Origin: an uncultured Bacilli bacterium
GTDB lineage: Bacteria; Bacillota_I; Bacilli_A; RF39; UBA660
Length of the DNA: 64,000 nucleotides
Assembly (NCBI GenBank): GCA_947625535.1
Contig: CANQOR010000002.1
Span: forward strand, 9,507 to 73,506
Reading direction: 5' to 3'
Shown here in pieces: positions 27,880 to 35,538 of the stretch (positions are counted from its first letter, which is position 1; each line of letters opens with the position of its first letter). A model generated the notes under the pieces. It had not been told where the DNA came from. It did no database searches and was given only the letters and a program-made list of their open reading frames with translations. A program made the translations under genes and the position numbers.

Positions 27880-28977
27880 ATGAATGTTATAGTGGCAAAT
27901 AAATATTCTGCTATGTTGTCTAGCTTGAGTAATAAAATTGATTTAATTAAAACAGTTGATGGTGAATTTCAAGTAGATGACTTGGTAGCACAGTTTGATA
28001 ATTTTTTCTTTAATAAAATGATATTAGATATTACTGCTATAGCAGGATATCAAGATATTTCACAAATCCAAAGATTATCTTTTGGAATGGATATGTCTAA
28101 AATAATATTATTATTAGATGATTCTCCAGTTGTAAATTCACCACAATATTTATCTGAATTGGTATCTATGGGAATTTATAACTTTACAAGAAATATTGAT
28201 GCTATTACATACTTAATAGATAATCCAAATACATATAAAGATGTAGCACAATTCCATATGATAGGAGGTTCTGCTCCTATGATGGGTGGAGGTGCACCAC
28301 AGCAATATGCTGGAGGTAATAACTCTGGTGGTATGTTTGGTGGTAATAGAGCTGCTCAAAATGAAAAAAATTTTATTAATTCAAGTATTGCTATGCCTGG
28401 TATAACAGGTACTAGAATAATTGGAATTAAAGATTTAACTGATCATGCAGGAGCTACTACATTAGTTTATATGTTAAAAAAACAATTATCTGAGAATTAT
28501 TCGGTATTAGGATTAGAATTAGATAAAAATGATTTCTTATACTTTAATGATCCTGACTTAAAGAGTGTTAGCAGTAAAGAATTAAATTCTATTATTAAAA
28601 ATCCTATTAATAATTATAATGTAATATTAATAGACGTTAATGATAGTTCAGAAGGTGCTAATTGTACAGAAATGTTATATTTAATAGAACCTTCAACATT
28701 AATGTTAAATAAAATGATAAGAAGAGATAGAAATATCCTTGATAAAATAAAGGGTATGAAAGTTGTTTTAAATAAAAGTTTATTAGATCCAAATGATGTA
28801 AGAGAATTTGAAGCTGAAGCAAGATGCAGTGTATTCCATAATATTTCACCATTGGATGACAAAAAAGATAAACATAGAGTATTAGATGAGCTTTTAAATA
28901 AGCTTGGTTTTGATAAAAACAGACCTGCTAGCGAAGGTAATAAATCAGCTAGATTATTTGGAATTGTAAAAGAATAA
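27880..28977 (+). CDS. tadZ: TadZ/CpaE-like protein: receiver-like N-domain + ParA/MinD-fold domain with a degenerate P-loop
   Basis: The N-terminus has an alternating receiver-like pattern. A G/M/Q-rich linker follows. The C-domain has IIGIKDLTDHAGATT where KGGxGK[ST]T is expected, then VILIDVN and VVLNKS strands. Confidence 0.45.
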   Translation: MNVIVANKYSAMLSSLSNKIDLIKTVDGEFQVDDLVAQFDNFFFNKMILDITAIAGYQDISQIQRLSFGMDMSKIILLLDDSPVVNSPQYLSELVSMGIYNFTRNIDAITYLIDNPNTYKDVAQFHMIGGSAPMMGGGAPQQYAGGNNSGGMFGGNRAAQNEKNFINSSIAMPGITGTRIIGIKDLTDHAGATTLVYMLKKQLSENYSVLGLELDKNDFLYFNDPDLKSVSSKELNSIIKNPINNYNVILIDVNDSSEGANCTEMLYLIEPSTLMLNKMIRRDRNILDKIKGMKVVLNKSLLDPNDVREFEAEARCSVFHNISPLDDKKDKHRVLDELLNKLGFDKNRPASEGNKSARLFGIVKE

Positions 28978-28986
28978 AAGAAAAAC

Positions 28987-29015
28987 TTGACATATTTTAC
29001 AAATTTAAATACAAT
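28987..29015 (+). promoter_or_regulatory. sigma-A-type promoter candidate for the T4SS module
   Basis: TTGACA (28987-28992), 17-nt spacer, TACAAT (29010-29015). An AAGGAG RBS follows before ATG 29045. Confidence 0.5.
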
Positions 29016-29044
29016 TATATTATGAATGAAGGAGATGTTTTTAT

Positions 29045-29362
29045 ATGTATTTACTAGTTAACTTTTGCGCAGATACTAAAGATATATGGCAAATAGTAGG
29101 TAGAATTTTAGGTGTATTTAAAATCGTTATTCCACTATTAATTATTATATTTGGATGTATTGATTTAGGAAAAGCAGTTGTTGCTTCTGATGATAAGGAA
29201 ATTAAAAAAGCATTAAAGCAATTAGCTATGAGAGCTGTTGCTGGTATTGCAATTTGGTTCGTACCTACATTAGTTAGTTTAGTATTCAGCTTAGTTGAAG
29301 TAAGTTCAAATGGTGACTACGAGGTATGTAAAACTTGTATTACTAGTCCAGATGGATGCTAA
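29045..29362 (+). CDS. VirB2-like T4SS pilin-type small membrane protein (paralog 1)
   Basis: 105 aa, two TM helices joined by a charged loop. Aligns with the next ORF (VFKxxxPLL...F...D..KA...K..R.V..I...F.P.L). Cys-rich C-terminus CKTCITSPDGC. Confidence 0.45.
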   Translation: MYLLVNFCADTKDIWQIVGRILGVFKIVIPLLIIIFGCIDLGKAVVASDDKEIKKALKQLAMRAVAGIAIWFVPTLVSLVFSLVEVSSNGDYEVCKTCITSPDGC

Positions 29363-29389
29363 TAATTGAATTTTATATTTAAAATAAAG

Positions 29390-29417
29390 TGATATTTGTT
29401 TAAATATCATTTTTTTT
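29390..29417 (+). terminator. intrinsic terminator after the first VirB2-like gene
   Basis: Stem tgatattt / aaatatca with a 4-nt loop and an 8-T run. Confidence 0.55.
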
Positions 29418-29450
29418 ATGATATAATTTCAATGATATGAGGTGTTTTCT

Positions 29451-29846
29451 ATGTATAGAAAATTGTTATTAATTATGACTATAATTTTAGGGGGATTCTT
29501 TTTAGTTAGTAATAATGTTATGGCTATAGATAATTCTTATGATGTTCACTATTCTTTAGCTGGTAGAACTGCTGATGAATGTGGTGGGGTTTTTGATGAA
29601 GAAGTTATAGAGTTTTTACAACAAGTTTTTAATGTGTTTAAATATGCTGCTCCTTTATTGTGTTTAGCTTTTTCAATTATGGACTTTTTAAAAGCTACTG
29701 CTAGTCAAGAGAAAGAAGCTTTGTCTAAGGCAGCTAAAACAACAGGTAAAAGAGTTGTATATGCTATAATTTTGTTTTTTATTCCTAATTTAATTAATTT
29801 CTTATTTAATTTATTAGGTTGGTATGGTACGTGTGGTATTAGTTAG
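29451..29846 (+). CDS. VirB2-like T4SS pilin-type small membrane protein (paralog 2, with signal peptide)
   Basis: Start set at ATG 29451 after a GAGGTG RBS. Signal peptide (…SNNVMA/ID), then a two-TM hairpin homologous to ORF 29045. Confidence 0.5.
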   Translation: MYRKLLLIMTIILGGFFLVSNNVMAIDNSYDVHYSLAGRTADECGGVFDEEVIEFLQQVFNVFKYAAPLLCLAFSIMDFLKATASQEKEALSKAAKTTGKRVVYAIILFFIPNLINFLFNLLGWYGTCGIS

Positions 29847-29858
29847 GAGTGAAATTAT

Positions 29859-32759
29859 ATGCTAGTATTATTTAGTCTAGGTGATACTATTAAATCTGGT
29901 ATAATTGGTATTTTATTAACTTTAGATACTTTTATTTATGGTTTAATTGGTTCTGCATTTAGAATATTTATGGCTATTGCTAGTGCAAGATTATTATCTT
30001 CTGATGCTTATTATGAAGTTGCAAATAGAGTTTATGTAATTATAGGTGTTTTAATGCTATTTGTTCTTTCATATGCAATTTTAAGAGGTATTATTGATCC
30101 TGATCAATCTATGAAGGGTGATTTAGGACCTAAAATGGTTAAGAATGTTGTAATTGCGGTAGTAGGTCTTGCTATTACACCTGTTATTTTTAATTTATTA
30201 TATCAAGCACAAAATTTATTTTTAGAACATGATGTTTTAGCTAAAATATTCTTTAGAAGTAATAGTGATTTAAGTGTTAATTTAGGTTCTTCTTCGGTAA
30301 CTGTTGGAGATCAGTCAACTTCTGTTGATCCAAACGTAAGTGTAGATGATAAGATTAAAGAAATTGGTGGTTCTGTTACAGCAACCAATTTATGGGAAGC
30401 ATTTTTTCATCCAGCAGAAGATAGTGGAAAAACATCAGATGAAATTGAAGCTGACCCAAGTGATTACTTCTTAGCTGGTGGTGGATACTTACTGGCTTGT
30501 GCAGGTCTCGCTGTAGCAGCGGCTTTAGTTCCAGTCGGTGGTTGGATTTTAGGTGGAGCCGCGGTTGTAGCATGTTTGGCAGGTGTCTCGAATATTAATA
30601 GTGGTATAGAGGGATCGAAGATTACTGATGGAGATAAAATAACTTTATCGGAAGCGTATGCTTTAACTTCTGGTGGAGGTTCTTTTGGTATATATACTGT
30701 TTTCTTAAATAACTATATTGAAGATGGTGAAATTGAATACTTCTGGGGCTTATCAACAATAGCTGGTATTTTCGTTTTATATGCCTTTGTATCATTTAGT
30801 ATAGATATGGGTGTTCGTGCTGCTAAGATGGCTTATTATCAAATAATAGCGCCTGTACCACTTATTATGCAGGTTTTACCGTCTTTTAAAGATAATTTTA
30901 GACAATATACAAAATCTGTTGTATCAACTTTTATGGAAGTATTTATTCGTATTTCTGTTGTATACATAGTTGTTTATATTATTTGTCACTTATATGATTT
31001 GTTTTCTACAACTTCTGCCTTGTGGGCTAATGATGATTTGAATTCAATAGAAACTTTATTAGCGTTAGCACTACTTATTTTAGGACTTGTAGCATTTGCA
31101 AGACAAGCACCAAAGTTTATCTCTGAATCATTAAAATTAAATACAGGAAATATGAGTTTAGGTATTGGTAAGAAGTTCGCTGAGGGTGGTGGATTTGCTG
31201 CTAAAGCAATTGCTACTTCAGGTGTTAGAACTGCTGCTCAAAACTGGAATCGTAATAAAGATCAGAACTTTGGTCGAAGACTTGGTTCCGCTTTAGCAGG
31301 ATTTGGTTCGGCAACAGCAAGAAGTGCTTATGCTCAATTTGGTCCTGGAGCTAATCATAAGATGGCAATGGATAATGAATCATCTAAACGTGTTAGTGCA
31401 AATGCAACTAACGCGGCATATGATGCTGGTGTAAATAGAAAAGAACGTCAAGATAGACATGGAGCTGACGTTACAAACTTACAAAATGCACAAGCTGAGT
31501 TAGAAGCAGCTGAAGCTGCATATGATGCAGCTGTAGCTAGTGGTAATGCAGCTGATATTGAAAGAACTAGAGCTGCTCGTGATGCAGCAATTGAGAAAAC
31601 TAGAAAAGCAAGAGTTGCTTGGGTTGAATCTTCTGGAGCACTTGGAGCTGCAGCTACGGATGCTTATAAGAGAGCAACAGCTTGGGCTACTGGTACGATT
31701 GATTTATCTAAAGAAGAAGCAGATATCAAATTCGGTGCTGCTTTGGATGATATGAAATCTAAAACTCGTGAAGAAGCTTATAAGAAAGATGCTGTTTCTA
31801 AAGCATGGAAACAACAAATGGAAACATTACAAGCAACTAAGATTAGTGAATATCGTGAAGGTTGGGATGAAAATTCGTATAATGCTGAAATTCAACGTTT
31901 AACAGCAACTCAATTTGCTGATTTAAGAACTAAACAAAATGCTCGTGTGGCTGCTCAAAATGCTTTAGATGCGGCAGTAGCTGCTGGAGCACCAGCTGCA
32001 GATATTGCTACTTATACTGCAGCATTAACTGCTGCCCAAGCTGATGAGACGGCATCTAGATCAGCATTTGAATCAGCAAGAACAGCAGCTATTAGTAGCT
32101 TGGAAGGTGTGGCCAAGAGAAGTGATCTTGAAATGTCACAAGCTCGTACTGAATTACAATCTAAGATAGAAGCAACAAGAAGAACTATGGAAGCAGCTGC
32201 CGATGCTTGGGTAGCAGCAAATATCACTTCAAATCAAAATCTTCAAAATACAGTTCAAGGTGTTATTTCTCAGTATTCAGATTATATTTCACAAAATCAA
32301 ACACGTATGGTTACAACTTTGGATGCAGATGGTAATCAAGTTCAAGTTCAATTATCTGATTTACTAGCACCATTTGGAGCTAATGCTGCTACTAGTGCTC
32401 AAGTTGATTTTAGTAATATTAAACATCAAAATACTTTTGTTTTAGATGAAGTTGCTCCTGATGGTACTGTATCAAGTAAAACTTATAAGCGTAAATATAG
32501 GACTAATCCTGATGGAACTGAAACAGATCTTGGTTATGAGGATGAAAGTGGTGCAATGCTTTCTGCTAAAGAATTATTTGATAGAGCTTATAATAGTATG
32601 TCTAGAGATAATTCAAGAAAAATTACAACTCAGACTGCTGTTGGAAAAGTTGCTGATGATGGTAAAGGTGTTAAGAATGCTACACCACTTACTAGAGATT
32701 ACATTGATAAAGTTACTCGTAAGCGTCAAGCTGAAGAAAATAAAAATGGTCGAAGGTAA
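29859..32759 (+). CDS. virB6: VirB6/TrbL-like polytopic T4SS channel protein with a long Ala-rich coiled-coil C-terminal extension
   Basis: About 8 TM helices in the first roughly 420 aa, placed before VirB3/VirB4 as in Gram-positive T4SS loci. The C-terminal roughly 450 aa is A/E/K/R-rich heptad-like sequence. Confidence 0.6.
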   Translation: MLVLFSLGDTIKSGIIGILLTLDTFIYGLIGSAFRIFMAIASARLLSSDAYYEVANRVYVIIGVLMLFVLSYAILRGIIDPDQSMKGDLGPKMVKNVVIAVVGLAITPVIFNLLYQAQNLFLEHDVLAKIFFRSNSDLSVNLGSSSVTVGDQSTSVDPNVSVDDKIKEIGGSVTATNLWEAFFHPAEDSGKTSDEIEADPSDYFLAGGGYLLACAGLAVAAALVPVGGWILGGAAVVACLAGVSNINSGIEGSKITDGDKITLSEAYALTSGGGSFGIYTVFLNNYIEDGEIEYFWGLSTIAGIFVLYAFVSFSIDMGVRAAKMAYYQIIAPVPLIMQVLPSFKDNFRQYTKSVVSTFMEVFIRISVVYIVVYIICHLYDLFSTTSALWANDDLNSIETLLALALLILGLVAFARQAPKFISESLKLNTGNMSLGIGKKFAEGGGFAAKAIATSGVRTAAQNWNRNKDQNFGRRLGSALAGFGSATARSAYAQFGPGANHKMAMDNESSKRVSANATNAAYDAGVNRKERQDRHGADVTNLQNAQAELEAAEAAYDAAVASGNAADIERTRAARDAAIEKTRKARVAWVESSGALGAAATDAYKRATAWATGTIDLSKEEADIKFGAALDDMKSKTREEAYKKDAVSKAWKQQMETLQATKISEYREGWDENSYNAEIQRLTATQFADLRTKQNARVAAQNALDAAVAAGAPAADIATYTAALTAAQADETASRSAFESARTAAISSLEGVAKRSDLEMSQARTELQSKIEATRRTMEAAADAWVAANITSNQNLQNTVQGVISQYSDYISQNQTRMVTTLDADGNQVQVQLSDLLAPFGANAATSAQVDFSNIKHQNTFVLDEVAPDGTVSSKTYKRKYRTNPDGTETDLGYEDESGAMLSAKELFDRAYNSMSRDNSRKITTQTAVGKVADDGKGVKNATPLTRDYIDKVTRKRQAEENKNGRR

Positions 32760-32782
32760 TAAAATGAAGGGTTGTGTGATAT

Positions 32783-33124
32783 ATGGATAATAACAATTTT
32801 CTAATTCCGGCGAACTCTAAAAAATCGCAAATGATTTTGAGTTTCTTTCGTCCAATTGATTTAGCAATATTTATAACAGGAGTTAGTATTACAATTTTAC
32901 TATTAGTAATAATTGATTCAAACGATATGAAAGTAATGTTTATGTTACTAGCTCCTGCATTAATTGCAACTTTCTTAGTTGCTCCTGTTCCTTATTATCA
33001 TAATGTTATGACATTAATGGGTAATATATATACATTTTATACAGGAAGAAAAAAATATTATTGGAGAGGTTGGTGTGCAAGATATGCCGATGATAGAGAA
33101 AGCAAACAACAACAACGTAACTAA
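32783..33124 (+). CDS. PrgI/VirB3-like small two-TM protein
   Basis: 113 aa with two adjacent TM helices, immediately upstream of VirB4. Confidence 0.5.
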   Translation: MDNNNFLIPANSKKSQMILSFFRPIDLAIFITGVSITILLLVIIDSNDMKVMFMLLAPALIATFLVAPVPYYHNVMTLMGNIYTFYTGRKKYYWRGWCARYADDRESKQQQRN

Positions 33125-33677
33125 TGTTGCTGTAGAACAATCTAGTAAATATAGTGAAGATTGGGTTCCTATAAAAAATATAATGAATGGAATGATTCGT
33201 CTAGATAATGGATATTATGTTACAGGAGTTAAAGTAGCTCCTAAAAACATCTTTATTCTAGATTCTGAAGATCGTGAAAGAGTTATATTTGAATTACAAA
33301 ACTTTTATAATATGATAGATTATGAATTTTGGTTAGTTGTAGCTGATAGACCGGTTGATATAAATTTATATTTATCACAATTACAACTTTTATATCAAAA
33401 AAGTGTAGATAGTGCAGTTAGAAAATTAATTATTCAAGATATTAATAAAGCTAATGCATTTATGGGTGCTGAATATAATGTAGTTGATACTGAGTATTTT
33501 ATCTTATTTAAAGAAAAAAGAATGGAAACTATTCAAAAGAGAATACATAATTTAATAGCTGGACTTGCTAATGCTTCAATAAATTCTACTCAAGTTTCAA
33601 ATGCTGATTTAAGAATGATACTTGATAACTTCTTAAATGGTGGTATGACTACTACTTTTGGGACGGTGAGAGCATAA
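33075..33677 (+). CDS. VirB4 N-terminal domain encoded as a separate polypeptide
   Basis: GGAGAGG RBS 5 nt before GTG 33075. The segment WVPIKNIMNGMIRLDNGYYVTGVKVAPKNIFILDSEDRERVI matches the conserved N-terminus of Gram-positive VirB4/TraE/PrgJ-type ATPases. Stop and next start overlap as TAATG. Confidence 0.55.
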   Translation: MQDMPMIEKANNNNVTNVAVEQSSKYSEDWVPIKNIMNGMIRLDNGYYVTGVKVAPKNIFILDSEDRERVIFELQNFYNMIDYEFWLVVADRPVDINLYLSQLQLLYQKSVDSAVRKLIIQDINKANAFMGAEYNVVDTEYFILFKEKRMETIQKRIHNLIAGLANASINSTQVSNADLRMILDNFLNGGMTTTFGTVRA

Positions 33678-35461
33678 TGAATATAAAAAGTGAAATAGCT
33701 CCAAAAGGTTTATTATTTAAACCTACGGAATTTATTATTAGTGGTAAATATGCAACTATATTAACAGTTATTAGTTATCCTAAATTTATTAATCCTGGTT
33801 TCTTATCAAATTTAACTAATATATCTGGAGTTAAATTAGTTGCTAAGCATATTCCTATTGAATTTTCAACATTACAAAGTATGTTAAATAAGGAAATAGC
33901 TGATTTAAAAGTACGTTATCAATCTGAACGTGATCAAACTATTCAAGAGCGAATTAGACAAGATTATGAATCATTAGAAAGTTTTATTTCAATGTTAGCA
34001 GCAACACAAGCTAGAATATATGATTTTCAATTACATATTATGGTTACTGCTGATAGTCCTGAAGAACTTGAAATGAAAAAGATGCAAGTTCGTAGTTATA
34101 TAGATGCTTTAGGAATGAAAGCAATATCATTGATGTTTGAACAAGAAAAAGTTCTTAAATCAATTATTCCTATATTCCCTAAACAAGATCTTGAAAATAG
34201 AATTGGTACACCAATTCCTTCAATTACAATTGCAGCTATGTATCCATTTGTTTTTGATAGTATAAAAGATCCTGGAGATTCAACTTTATTAGGTGTTGAT
34301 TTCTCTGGAGGTGTTATCTTATTTAATCAATTCTTATTTAAGATAAAGAAAGAACATAATAGAAATAATGCTAATATGATTATTTTAGGTACTTCTGGTA
34401 GTGGTAAATCTACAGCTGCTAAATTATTAATAAGAAGTCATATTAGAAATGGTTATAAAGTTATTTGTGTTGACCCTGAAGGTGAACTTGAAGAAATGTG
34501 CCGTAACGTTAATGGTAGTTACCTAGATTTAGGTAAAGGTGGCGATTATGGTATGATAAATCCTTTAGAGGTTGTACCAGATGCTGATCAAGAAGAGTTA
34601 GAACAAGGTTTAGGTTATACAGTTTTAACTAGAGCATTACAATCATTAAAAGCTTTTATGAAATATTATTCTCCTAGTATTGAAGAAGATGTATTAACAA
34701 TGTTTAGTGAAGTTGTACAAGATACTTATAAACGTTATAAAATAGATTTTGAAACTGATTTTTCAACATTAAGATCTGAAGATTTTCCTACTTTTGATGA
34801 TGTTTATGCAACAATTAAAGGTCGTTTATTATCAATGCCTGAAAAAACTCGTGAAAGAGATGTAATGGAAAGACTTGAGCTTAAAGTTAGACCTTTAACG
34901 AAAGAACTAAGATATTATTTCTGTGGACATACGACATTAAAAATTGATAGTAATATTATTGTTTTCAATATTAAAGAATTAATGAATAGTGATGAAAATA
35001 TTCGTAATGCTTTATTCTTTAATATCTTAAAGTTTGCTTGGGGTTTATGCTTAGATAAAGAAATGACAACATTATTATGTGTTGATGAAGCCCATGTTTT
35101 ATTATCTACAAGAAATGAACTTGGTGCTGAATTCTTAGCTCAAATGCAAAGACGTGCAAGAAAATATAACACAGGTACAATTATTATTACGCAACAACCA
35201 ACAGATTTTGCAGCACCTAACTTAATTGTTCATGGTAAAGCAATATTTGATAATGCATCTTATTATTTAGTAATGGGCTTGAAAAAACAAGCTGTTGAAG
35301 ATTTAGCTTTATTAATTGATTTAAATGAAAGTGAAATGAATAGTATTAAGAGTTATAATCAAGGAGATGCCTTATTTGTTTGTGGTAGTAGACGTATGAG
35401 AGTTCGTATTTTATGTACGCAAGAAGAACTAGATTCATTTGGATCTGGTGGAGGATTATAG
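33677..35461 (+). CDS. virB4: VirB4-type T4SS ATPase (middle + ATPase domains)
   Basis: IAPKGLLFKP...YPKFINPGFL segment typical of the VirB4 middle region. Walker A GTSGSGKST, Walker B LLCVDEAH. Confidence 0.85.
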   Translation: MNIKSEIAPKGLLFKPTEFIISGKYATILTVISYPKFINPGFLSNLTNISGVKLVAKHIPIEFSTLQSMLNKEIADLKVRYQSERDQTIQERIRQDYESLESFISMLAATQARIYDFQLHIMVTADSPEELEMKKMQVRSYIDALGMKAISLMFEQEKVLKSIIPIFPKQDLENRIGTPIPSITIAAMYPFVFDSIKDPGDSTLLGVDFSGGVILFNQFLFKIKKEHNRNNANMIILGTSGSGKSTAAKLLIRSHIRNGYKVICVDPEGELEEMCRNVNGSYLDLGKGGDYGMINPLEVVPDADQEELEQGLGYTVLTRALQSLKAFMKYYSPSIEEDVLTMFSEVVQDTYKRYKIDFETDFSTLRSEDFPTFDDVYATIKGRLLSMPEKTRERDVMERLELKVRPLTKELRYYFCGHTTLKIDSNIIVFNIKELMNSDENIRNALFFNILKFAWGLCLDKEMTTLLCVDEAHVLLSTRNELGAEFLAQMQRRARKYNTGTIIITQQPTDFAAPNLIVHGKAIFDNASYYLVMGLKKQAVEDLALLIDLNESEMNSIKSYNQGDALFVCGSRRMRVRILCTQEELDSFGSGGGL

Positions 35462-35469
35462 AATTTAAT

Positions 35470-35491
35470 AAAAAGCCGATATCGGCTTTTT
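35470..35491 (+). terminator. intrinsic terminator after virB4
   Basis: Perfect palindrome aaaagccgat/atcggctttt followed by T. Confidence 0.65.
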
Positions 35492-35538
35492 AATTTTGTT
35501 TCTTTATGTTATACTTTTGATAGTGTGGAAGTGGTAAA

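Noticed and set aside
31540-32790. ORFs 31540-31755, 32012-32227 (minus) and 32446-32790
   Set aside because: They are alternate-frame or antisense readings of the Ala-rich coiled-coil part of the VirB6-like gene. There is no RBS, and the composition is leucine- or alanine-rich as expected for frame artefacts.
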